Assembly (NCBI GenBank): GCA_963845755.1
Contig: CAWJTV010000031.1
Location: 1-64,000 of the forward strand
DNA from: an uncultured Planctomycetota bacterium
GTDB lineage: Bacteria > Planctomycetota > Planctomycetia > Isosphaerales > Isosphaeraceae
Length of the DNA stretch: 64,000 bases
Reading direction: 5' to 3'
The notes under the pieces were generated by a model, which searched no databases, was not told the origin of the DNA, and saw nothing but the letters and a program-made list of their open reading frames with translations. Shown piece after piece: positions 30,685 through 41,500 of this stretch; positions within the stretch are counted from its first letter, which is position 1; each line of letters starts with the position of its first letter. The position numbers were made by a program, and so were the translations under genes.

Positions 30685-33600
30685 TCAACCAAGGTCTTTG
30701 TCGACTGCTGCGCGGGGCGTGGTCGCATCGCGTGAGCCCGCCACGGACCCCGAGATCGCCACCCCGCGCTGGACAAGATGACCCGGGGAACCGGGTGGCC
30801 GTTGACCAACCCCTGGGTGGTGATCTCGGTGCCCGTGCTGGCCGGTGTCGGGCCAGGGGTCTTGCCGTTGAGGTCGGCCGGGAGCGCCTGCGCGCGCCGA
30901 TTGGACCGTGAGCGTCCCCGGCTTGAACGTGCCGATGGTGTAGTTCCCCGTGGCCGCCAGCGTCCCCTCGGTGATGGGATATTGGCCCACGGGGCTCGAC
31001 GAGGTGGCCGTCGTGGCCAGGCTGCCAGTAAACGTGGCGCTGGTGTCGCCGTTGACCAGCCCCGTGTAGGTATAGGTGAGGGGCGGCACCGCGCTGCCGA
31101 CAGTCATGCTGATGTTGGTGGCCGTGACCGTCAGCGGGGCCGGGTTGACCGTGATGGTGACGCTGTCCGTGGCCGCGTTGTAGTCGGTGGTCGCCGCGAC
31201 GGTCACGGTCAGCTTCTGGCCGGCGCCCGCCTTGAGCACGGTGCCGCTGGCCGGGGAATAGGTCAGGGCCCCCGCCGGCGCCGGACCGACCACGCTCACC
31301 TTCGCGTCGAGCTGGGTTGCACCCAGCGGCGTACCATAGACGATCGCCGCCGGGTTGGCCCAGGTGATCGTCTGGTTGGCCTTGGTGATGGTGAGCGTCC
31401 CCGGCTTGAACGTGCCGATGGTGTAGTTCCCCGTGGCCGCCAGCGTGCCCTGAGTGATGGGATAGGTGCCTACGTTGCTCGAGGCGGTGGCGGTCGTGGT
31501 CAGGCTGCCGGTGAACGTGGCGCTCGTGTCGCCGTTGACCAGCCCCGTGTAGGTATAGGTGAGGGCCGGCACCGCGCTGCCGTAGGTCATGCTCTTATTG
31601 GTGGCCGTGACTGTCAGCGGCGCCGCGGTGACCGTGAGCGTCCCCGCCTTGAACGTGCCGATGGTGTAGTTCCCCGTGGCCGCCAGCGTCCCCTGGGAGA
31701 TGGGATAGCTGCCCACTTTGCTCGAGGCGGTGGCGGTCGTGGTCAGGCTGCCGGTGAACGTGGCGCTCTTGTCGCCGTTGACCAGCCCCGTGTAGGTGTA
31801 GGTGAGGGCCGGCACCGCGCTGCCGTAGATCTTGCTCGTGTTGGCGGCCGTGACCGTCAGCGGCGCCGGGCTGACCGTCAGGAGGCTGGTGCCGCTGGTC
31901 CCGAGAAAGACACCTTGGGCCTTGAAGACGTAATTGACGGTGTAGGGCGAGTCGGCCACGACGAGCGCGGCGGTGGCGAAGGTGGTCGAGAACGAGCCCG
32001 TGGCCCCGATGAGAGCCTGCTGAGCGACACCGTTGAGGGTGACACTGACATCGTCTCCGGTCGGGAAGTGCGAGCCGGCGGCGATCGTGCCGGAGACGGT
32101 GACGGAGCTCGTGCCGTAAACTATCGTGTGGTTGGTCAGGCCCGAGAAGACCGGCTGGTACACGTTGGTCAAGGTGAACGAGGCGGACGCGGCGGCGCCC
32201 GCGGCCGAGGCGGTGACGCTATAGGTGCCGCCCGTGTTGTTGGCGGTGGCCTTGACCGAGGCCACGCCGTTGGACCCGATCTTGGCCGTGGCGGCGGAGA
32301 GCGTGGCCGTGGCACCGCTGGACGGGGCGGCGAACGCGATCACGCCCCCGGCGACCGGCTCCAGGGAATCCTTGGCCGTGACTGTGACCCCCAGCGCGTT
32401 GGCGAAGGCGGCGTCGATCAACGCGGACTGGGGCGTGCTGCCGCTGACCGGAGTCAGGGTGAATCCCTGGCTCTGGAAGGCGCCGATGTCGACGCCCGTG
32501 CTGGGACGCGTGACGCCGCGCTGATCCGTGGTGACGCCGCTGACGGCGATGCCCGTCCCGATGGCCGGGCTGCCGGGGAGCAGGGCGATCGTCTGGGTCG
32601 GCCCGCCGTACTGACCCAGCACGGCCAGCAGGGCGTTCAGCGGCTGGGCCGCGGTGCCGGTGAGGTCGGTGCTGACCCATCCGCTACTGCCATCGATTTC
32701 GGCAACCAGGTTATGCCCGGCGGATGTCACCGAGTTGCAGAACTCCGGTCCGGTGGTCGCCGAGTCCCCGGCCAGGATCGTATCCTCCAAGGTCACCGTG
32801 TATTCACCGAAATTGTTGTCGATGGCCCCGCCGTAAATCGCCTGATTCCCGGAAAAAGTGCTGAAGGTGACCGTCACGGTGCCCTGGGCTTCGATGCCGC
32901 CACCGGACTCGCTCGCGGAGTTGCCGGCGATGGTGCAGTTGGTGAGCGTCGCCTTGCCCTGATCGAACAGGGCGCCGCCGGAAGAGTTGCCGCCGTCCTG
33001 GGCCGCGGTGTTGCCGCTGAGGGTGCAGTCGGAGAGCGTCGCCGTGCCGAAGTTTTCCATCCCGCCGCCGGACTGCGCGGAGTTTCCGCTGAGGGTGCAG
33101 TTGGTGAGCGTCGTCGTCGCGTTGGCACCGATGTTCACGCCGCCGCCGAAGTCTGCGGAGTTTCCGCTGAGGGTGCAGTCGGAGAGCGTCGCAGTCCCCG
33201 TGCCACCGTTGTTCACCCCGCCGCCGCCGTTGAATGCGGAGTTTCCGCTGAGGGTGCCGGTGTTGAACGTCGCCTTGCCCGTGTTCTGCACCCCGCCGCC
33301 GAAGGATGCGGAGTTCTTGCTGAGGGTGCAATCGGTGAGTGTCGCCGTGCCAACGTTGTACACCCCGCCGCCGACGGAGGTTGCGAAGTTGCCGCTGATG
33401 GTGCAGTTGGTGAGGGTCGACGTCCCCGTGCCACCGTTGTACACCCCGCCGCCGCTGAATGCGGAGTTGCCGCTGATGGTGCAGCCATTGGCCGTCAGGG
33501 AGCCGCCGAAGTTGGACACGCCGCCGCCATCGGTGGCCGTGTTACTGGAGAAGGTGCAGTCGGTCAGCGTGGTCGTGCCGTTGTCGTTTTCCAGGCCGCC

Positions 33601-36600
33601 ACCGAAGTAGACGGCGGATTGATTCGCGTCGATCTTGCTGTCAGAAACGCTCAGCGAAGCTTTGTTGAAGATCCCGCCCCCGCTGCCGGTGTCGCCAGAG
33701 GCCGTGTTGCCTGAGATGGTGCAGCCATCGACCGTGATCGAGCCCGAGGCCGTGTTGAACAGGCCGCCGCCGGTGTAAGCCTTGTTACTGGAGACGGTGC
33801 AGCCCGTCAGCGTGATCGTGCCAGCACTCGCGTACAGGCCGCCGCCGAAGACGGCGGAGTTACCGCTGAGGGTGCAGTTGGTGAGCGTCGCCTTGCCACC
33901 GTTGTCCACCCCGCCGAAGTTGTTCAGCCCACCGCCAAGGCTGGCCGAGTTTCCGGAGAGGGTACAGTCGGTGAGCGTGGTCGTGCCGTAGTTGAACAGC
34001 CCGCCGCCGCTCTGGGCCGAGTTTCCGGAGAGGGTGCAGTCGGTGAGCGTCGCCGTGCCACCCGTGTTGTCCACCCCGCCGCCGCGTGCGCTTGCGAAGT
34101 TTCCGCTGATCGTGCACTGGGTGAGCGTCGCCGTGCCAATGTTGGCCACCCCGCCGACGTAGTTTGCGGAGTTACCGTTGATGATGCAGTTGGTGAGCGT
34201 CACCGTGCCAGCGTTGGCCACCCCACCGTCCTGGGCCGCGGAGTTATCGCTGATGGTGCAGTTGGTGAGCGTGGCCGTGCCAACATTGTTCACCCCGCCG
34301 CCGATGTTAGCGGAGTTACCGCTGATGGTGCAGTTGGTGAGTGTCGCCGTGCCAAGGTTATAGAGGCCCGCACCGTCACTGCGGAGCCATCGGTGATGGT
34401 CAGGCCCGAGAGGGTCGCGGTGGCGCCGGCATTGACCTGGAAGACGCCGCTCGTGCCGCCGCCGCTGATCGTCACGCCCGCCGCGGGGCCCGTGATCGTC
34501 TCCAGGCCGCCGGTCTGGCTCAGCTCGAGCGGGCCCGAAGTCAAGAGGATCGTTTGGGCGGTGGCGAACACGGTCGGGTCGAACGTGATCGTCTGGGCTC
34601 CCTTCAGGACATCGGCCAGGTTGACGGCCCCGCGAAGGTCCAGCTTGCCCGGCTGGTTGCCGCTGCCATCGGCCGTCGAGTTCACCACCAGCTTGCCGGT
34701 CGAGGGCTGGGTCTGGAAGGCGCCGATGTCGATCGGGCTATCCAGCGCGAAGCCGCGCTGGTCGGTCGTGATTCCTCTGACGGCGATGCCCTTGCCGATG
34801 GCGGCGCTGCCGGCGAGCAGGGCCATGGTCTGGGTCGGACCCCCGTAGAAGGCCAGCGGCGCCAGTCCCAGGCTGCTCAGGTTGGTCAAGACGATGTTGC
34901 CGTTTTGCCCGTTGACGAGGCCGCCCGAACCGCCCGTGCCGATCAGGTTATGACTCCCGGTGGCACTGCCGTAACCAGCGATGTCGCTGGCCGACGACGA
35001 GGTCCCGGTATTGCCGGCGACGATCGTGTCAGTGAGCGGTTCATGCCGGCGATGTCACTCGAGTTGCGAATTCCGGTCCGGTGGTAGCCAGTCAGGGTGA
35101 GGATCGAGTTCTCCAAGGTCGCCGTGTAGCATCGATTGTTCACTCCGCCGCCGTCGCTTGCTTGGTTTCCGCTGACGGTGCAGTTGGTGAGCGTCGGCCG
35201 TGCCATAGTTTTCCATCCCGCCGCCGGCGTTCGCGGAGTTTCCGCTGATGGTGCAGTCGGTGAGCGTGGCCGTGCTGGACAAAGAGTCGTCAATCCCGCC
35301 ACCGCCCTGTGCGGAGTTTCCGCTGATGGTGCAGTTGGTGAGCGTGGCCGTGCTGGATAAAAAGTCGTTCACCCCGCCACCATAGTCTGCGAAGTTTCCG
35401 CTGATGGTGCAGTTGGTGAGTGTCGCCGTGCCCTCGTTGTACACCCCGCCGCCGCGGGTGCTGAACCCGTCGGTGATGGTCAGGCCCGAGAGGGCCGCGG
35501 TGACGCCCGGGTTCACCTGGAACACACCGCTGTGGCCCCCACCACTGATCGTCACCCCCGCGGCGGGGCCCGTGATCGTCTCCAGGCCGCCGGTCTGGCT
35601 CAGCTCGAGCGGGCCCGAAGTCAAGAGGATCGTTTGGGCGGTGGCGAACACGGTCGGGTCGAACGTGATCGTCTGGGCTCCCTTCAGGACATCGGCCAGG
35701 TTGACGGCCCCGCGAAGGTCCAGCTTGCCCGGCTGGTTGCCGCTGCCATCGGCCGTCGAGTTCACCACCAGCTTGCCGGTCGAGGGCTGGGTCTGGAAGG
35801 CGCCGATGTCGATCGGGCTGTCCAGCGCGAAGCCGCGCTGGTCGGTCGTGACGCCGCTGACGGCAATGCCCTTGCCGATGGCGGCGCTGCCGGCGAGCAG
35901 GGCCATGGTCTGGGTCGGACCCCCGTAGAAGGCCAGCGGCGCCAGTCCCAGGCTGCTCAGGCTGGTCAAGACGATGTTGCCGTTTTGTCCGTTGACGAGG
36001 CCGCCCGAGCCGCCCGTCCCGATCAGGTTATGGCTCCCCGTGACACTCTTCTTACCACCGATGTCGCTGGGAGTCGATGAGGGCCCCGTGTTGCCGGCGA
36101 CGATCGTGTCGGTGAGCGTCGCTGCACTATAGTTGGAATTGTACACGCCGGCGACACCACTTGAGGAGTTTCCGCTGATGGTGCAGTTGGTGAGCGTCGC
36201 CGTGCCATGAATGTTATTCACCCCTGTGCCGCCGTTTCCGCTGATGGTGCAATTGGTGAGCGTCGCCGTGCCAACATAGTTGTCCAGCGCGGTGCCACTG
36301 TTTCCGCTAATAGTGCAGTTGGTGAGCGTCAGCGACGTGCTGGCAAGGCTGGCTTCGTGTACCCCGCCGCTGCCATTTCCGCTGATGGTGCAGTTGGAGA
36401 GTGTCGCCCTGCCAAAGTTGTTCACCCCGCCGCAGCCGTAGGTTCCATAAACTGAGTTTCCGCTGATGGTGCAGTTGGAGAGTGTCGCCGTGCCATTGTT
36501 GTACACCGCGCCGTAGTGTGCGGAGTTTCCGCTGATGGTGCAGTTGGTGAGCGTTACCGTGCCATCGTTGTGCACGCCGCCGCCATTGAAGTAGTTGATC

Positions 36601-37022
36601 CCGTCGATGATGGTCAGGCCCGAGAGGGTCGCGGTGACGCCATCGTTCACCTGGAACACACCGCTATGGTCCCCGCCGCTGATCGTCACGCCCGCCGCGG
36701 GGCCCGTAATCGTCTGCGCCCCGCCGGTGTCGCCCAGATCGAGCGCACTGCCACCCAGGGTGATCGTCTGAGGCGTGTTCCAGATCGAGCCCTGGAAGGC
36801 GATGGAGTTCGCCTGGTCGTTGCCGTTGGCCGTGGCGATCGCCGCCGCCAGCGAGCCGGAGCCGGATGCATTGGTGTTGGTCACCGCGAGGGACGCGAGT
36901 AACCGGCGATCCTCCAGCGCCAGCACGACGGGCCTCAGACCGTGGCGAGTTCGGCGATCCGGACCGCCCGCGAGCCCCCGTAACCAACCCCGTCGCCGAT
37001 TCTGCATGATGACGTGATTCAT
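30685..37022 (-). CDS. Giant (~2,100 aa) surface adhesin-like protein: LEDRRLL N-terminus, parallel beta-helix repeats, choice-of-anchor-Q-like segments, Ig-like and 3 MBG-like domains (several frameshifts)
   Basis: ORFs 35055-37052, 34290-34889 and 30685-34293 join colinearly. GGGxxN.GTATLTNCTISGNSA repeats; GGPTQTxALLxGSxAI..DQRG..DIGAF x3; PLTVTA..YTYTGLVNGD x3. An alternative stop at 30666 applies if a further slip lies near 30895. Confidence 0.85.
34391..36032. repeat. ~560-bp near-identical internal duplication, offset 1,080 bp (34391-34952 vs 35471-36032)
   Basis: The two blocks match by eye, apparently without mismatch over about 34485-34739 vs 35565-35819. Confidence 0.9.
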
Positions 37023-37048
37023 GGTTTCTCTCCCTTGTAGACGTTCAC

Positions 37049-37230
37049 TCACGCGACCATATCGGTCACATCGACACTGATTGGCATGCCATCCGCACTG
37101 GGAAGTCCCGCGTCCACCGTCACCTTCACCGGTCCTTTGTGGCGCTTGGCCAGGTTGATCGTCGCCGTGTGACTCGCGGGGTTATAGGCCGTTGCCCTGA
37201 TCGTCACCTTCTTGGTGAACACGTACGAAA
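37049..37230 (-). pseudogene. C-terminal fragment of a surface protein
   Basis: KKVTIRATAYNPASHTATINLAKRHKGPVKVTV...DG resembles the beta-rich C-terminal module of planctomycete surface proteins; no N-terminal part is present. Confidence 0.4.
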
Positions 37231-37633
37231 AAAACGGACACCAATGGGTCCCCTGATGCGATACCATTTAGTGCGATTCCCGGGATGAGGGGGCGCACTC
37301 CCGACGTCCCCGGCCCCAACAAGGGGCCGGCATCGGCCTGGAACGGACGCGGGAGGCGCGGACCTGGCGGCGGCAACGGCCGCAGTGTCCCAGGGCCGGC
37401 GCACACGAACTCCGAGGCTTCATCCCAAATGGCTTCGGTGTTGTCGGACCGAAGTGCGCAAGGGGAAGGTGCTTGACAGCGCCAGCGTCTCCGGCCGAGC
37501 TTCATCCTCCGCGCTGATGATGGGGATGCTCTGCGGCCGATTGACAGTGCTTCGGCCGCAGCCCTGTAAGGTAGTGCGAGAAACGGGGCAAGAAGGGGCC
37601 AAGTGTTTTCCGCGACCACGACCCGTTGACGAG

Positions 37634-38200
37634 CTACGGCTTGGATTCGGCCAGCGCCCGCCCTAGCCAGGCGCGCGCCTCGGCCCAGTTCCGCTTCACC
37701 GTCCGCCGGGAGATTTGCTGAATCTCGGCGATCTCTTCCACGCTCATTCCCGCGAAGATCCGCAGCTTCGCCACCGCGGCCGCATCGGCGTCGATGGCCG
37801 TGAACCTGGTCAGCGCTTCATCCAGATCCAACAACTCATCTTCGAGAGGGGACGCGACCAGGTCGTCGTCGCGCAGCTCGCGGCAGGCGCGCCCCTGCCC
37901 GCGACGCCGGGTGCTCTTTTGTCGAGCCTTCTCGATCAAGATCCGCCGCATCGCCTCGGCCGCGGCGGCGAAGAAGTGTCCGCGGCTGTTCCAATGCTGG
38001 GCCTTCTCGGTATCCACGAGGCGAATGTACGCCTCATGGACCAGCGCGGTGGCCTGGAGAGTCTGACCCGGTTTCTCCTGCGCCAGCTTTCGCGAAGCCA
38101 GCGCGCGCAGCTCGTCGTAGATCAGCGGGAGGAGTCGTTCCGCTGCCCGCGAGTCGCCCTGCTCGACCGCCGAGAGAATGGACGTCACCTCGTCCTTCAT
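37634..38200 (-). CDS. Planctomycete-type ECF sigma-70 factor (TIGR02999-like)
   Basis: LLPLIYDELRALA...QTLQATALVHEAYIRL...HFFAAAAEAMRRIL. Confidence 0.93.
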   Translation of the reverse strand: MKDEVTSILSAVEQGDSRAAERLLPLIYDELRALASRKLAQEKPGQTLQATALVHEAYIRLVDTEKAQHWNSRGHFFAAAAEAMRRILIEKARQKSTRRRGQGRACRELRDDDLVASPLEDELLDLDEALTRFTAIDADAAAVAKLRIFAGMSVEEIAEIQQISRRTVKRNWAEARAWLGRALAESKP

Positions 38201-38522
38201 CGCTCCCCCGATCGCTTGCGAACCAAACGATGGCAGATAGCACCCAATAATAATGGAGAGCGGTGACCGTTCCAAGGGTTGGCCCCTACGCATCGCGATT
38301 CGCTCCTGCGAGCATCTCCGTCAACGACCAGGCCGTGGCCGTCCTGGACTTCTCCAGATCCCGTATTGGTTAGCCCTATATCCCTGACCTCAGAGGCATT
38401 ACACTAATCACGTCACGATTCGATGACGGCGCTTCCGCGGCTGAAGTCCCGGTCCTGATCTCCGACGGGCAACCTAGGGCGTCGTGGAAGCCCAGGACCG
38501 AATCTGCCAACGGAGGCCCTCG

Positions 38523-41500
38523 ATGTCGTCCTCGACAACCAGCGGCGAGCGCGAACCGGTCGAGACACTCGCCGAGGAATTCCTGGACCGCAAGCGCCGC
38601 GGCGAGCCAGCGTCCGCCGAGGACTACGCCCGGGCTCACCCGGAGCTGGCCGACGAGATCCTCGGCCTCTTCCCCGCCCTGATGACCATGGAAACCCTCG
38701 GGGGAGACGCGTCGAGTGGCAGCTCGTCCATCACCCGCGTTGCCGAGTCGCCCGCAGCCGGCAGCACAACCACCCGCGTTGCCGAGTCGCCCGCAGCCGG
38801 CAGCACGACTCCGGGCCGGCTGGGCGAGTACCGGATCCTGCGCGAGATCGGTCGCGGCGGCATGGGAGTCGTTTACGAGGCCGAGCAGGAGTCGCTGGGC
38901 CGTCGCGTGGCCTTGAAGGTCCTGCCGGGCCATCGGCTCGCCGATGCCAAGCAGGTGCGCCGGTTCCAGCGCGAGGCGCGTTCCGCGGCCCGGCTGCACC
39001 ACACCAACATCGTACCGGTTTTCGGCGTCGGCCAGCACGACGGCACGCACTTCTACGTCATGCAGTTCATCGACGGGCAGGGACTGGACGTCATTCTGGA
39101 GGAGCTGAGGCAGTTGCGAACGGCGCCTTCGCACGAGGCAGCCGGGCAGGGGACACTCCGCCAGACGCCGAGGGGCCGCGAGGCTGCCGATCTCGCCAGC
39201 TCACTGGCCATGGGCCGGTTCGCCACCCAACGCGATGGCGACCGGCCGGCCGGCCTCGGCGGCGCGCTGACGCCGCCCGACGTGACTCCGGAACGCCCCG
39301 GGCCCGAACCCGAGCCGTCGGAATCGGCGACGCCGAGCCCAGGGACCCAATCTGGCATCTCCCCGCTTTCCGAGACCGAGCGCAGCTTCGCCGAGGGGGT
39401 GGCACGGATCGGCATCCAGGTTGCCGATGCCCTGGCCTATGCGCACGCACAGGAGATCCTCCATCGCGACATCAAGCCGTCGAACCTGCTCCTGGATCGA
39501 AATGGCAACGTTTGGGTCGCCGACTTCGGCCTGGCCAAGGCCGCCGGGGCCGACGACTTGACCCACACCGGCGACATCGTCGGCACCATGCGTTACATGG
39601 CCCCGGAGCGGTTCGAAGGGGCTGGAGATGCTCGGGCGGATCTCTACGGGCTGGGACTCACGCTTTATGAGCTGCTGGCGCTCCGGCCGGCGTTTCCGGA
39701 GAGGGATCGCGCCAACTTGATCCGCACGGTGACAGAGGCGGATCCGCCCCGGCTGCGCAAGCTCAATCCCAAGGTCCCGCTGGACCTGGAAACGATCGTT
39801 CACAAGGCGATGGCGCGAGAGCCGGTTCAACGCTACGCGACAGCCCGCGCATTAGCCGAGGACCTGCGACGATTCCTCGAGGGTCGTCCGATCCTGGCCC
39901 GTCCGACCAGCCCGCTGGAGCGGTGCTGGCGGTGGTGCAAGCGGAACCCCGCTGTGGCGGGGCTCATCACCGGTATCGCGCTCTTGCTGGTGCTGGGCAC
40001 GGCGGTGTTAACGTCCCTGGCCATCGCGGCGAGGCGCAGCGCATCCAAAGCGACTGCGAATGCGGTCCGAGCCGACGACGAAGCGCGGCGCGCGAATGAG
40101 GAGAAGCGCCTCGGCGATCAACGGTTGTACGTGGCGGAGATGGGCCTGGCCCAACAGGCATGGCATGAGTCCCAAACGGACCAGGTTCGCGAGCACCTCC
40201 AGGCGGTGGTGCCGGAGCGGTCCGAGGACCCCGACCTCCGCGGCTTCGAGTGGTACTACCTGCGGCGGCTCTGCGACGCGACAACCCGGACCTTGCGCGG
40301 CCACACCGGAGCAGTCTGGAGCGTGGCGTACAGCCCCGACGGCCGCCGCGTTGTCTCCGCCGGCAACGGGGACGGGACCGTCAAGATCTGGGACGTCGGC
40401 TCGGGCCAGTTGATCCGGTCTCTGGCCGGGCCGACGGACGGTGTCGTTTGTGTCGCGTACAGCCCCGACGGCCGCAGCATCGCCTCCGCAGGCAATGCCG
40501 ATAAGACCGTGCGGCTCTGGGATGCCGCCTCGGGGACGCTCTTCCGGACCCTGCGCGGACATGACACGTCGGTCATGTCCGTGGCGTTCAGCCCGGATAG
40601 CAGCCGCTGCGCCTCCGCCGGCACAGACGAGACGATCAGGGTCTGGGATACCGCAACAGGACGGGAGCTTCGCACGCTGCGCGGCCACTCGAAAGGGATC
40701 AATCGACTGGCGTACAGCCCCGACGGCCGCGCGGTCGCTACCGCCAGTCATGACGGCACGGTCAAGCTCTGGGACGTTGACGCGGGGGTGTTGATCCGGA
40801 CCTTGAACGCGCACCCGAGCGGCGCCTGGGGCGTGGCGTACAGCCCCGATGGCCGCCGCGTCGCCTCGGGCGGCAGCGATAAGACCGTGCGAATCTGGGA
40901 TGCGGCGTCGGGCCAGGAGCTCCTCGCTCTGAGCGGACACGCGGGCGCGGTCCATACCGTGGCCTATAGCCCGGATGGCCGGCGCCTCGCCTCGAGCAGC
41001 ATCGACGGCACGGCTCGGCTCTGGGACGCCGTCTCGGGTCGGGCACTCCAGACCTTCACCGGTCACGCGAACGTCGTCCACTTCGTCACGTTCAGCCCCG
41101 ATGGTCGCCGCCTCGCCACCTGCGGCACCGAGGGCACGATCAGGCTCTGGGACATCGTCTCGGATCAGGAGGCGCTGACGCTCCCCTGGCACTCCGGCCT
41201 GCTCAATTCGGTGGTGTTCAGCCCCGACGGCCGGCGCCTCGCCTCGGCCGGCTCCGATAAGACCGTGAGGCTGTGGGACACCGATACCGGCCGGGAGGCC
41301 CGAATCCTTCGCGGGCACACGGGCTCGGTTCATGTCCTGGCGTACAGCCCCGTCGGCCGCCAGGTTGCCTCGGCCGGCCTCGATACGAGCGTGAGGCTGT
41401 GGGATGGCGAGAGTGGCCAGGTGGTCCGAGTCCTCCGCGGGCACTTCGGCGAGATCTATGGCCTGGCGTACAGCCCCGATGGCCGCCGGCTCGCCTCGGC

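Noticed and set aside
30778..33714. 978-aa plus-strand ORF
   Set aside because: Antisense shadow of the repetitive high-GC adhesin gene; Arg/Gly-rich with no domain signal.
34391..36032. Duplicated block as a DGR template/variable repeat pair
   Set aside because: Both copies are coding modules of one gene, the differences are not evidently adenine-specific, and no reverse transcriptase is present in the window.
32900..36560. Regular short repeats (tttccgctgatggtgcagttggtgagcgt) resembling a CRISPR array
   Set aside because: They are in-frame coding beta-helix repeats with degenerate copies. No cas genes or leader.
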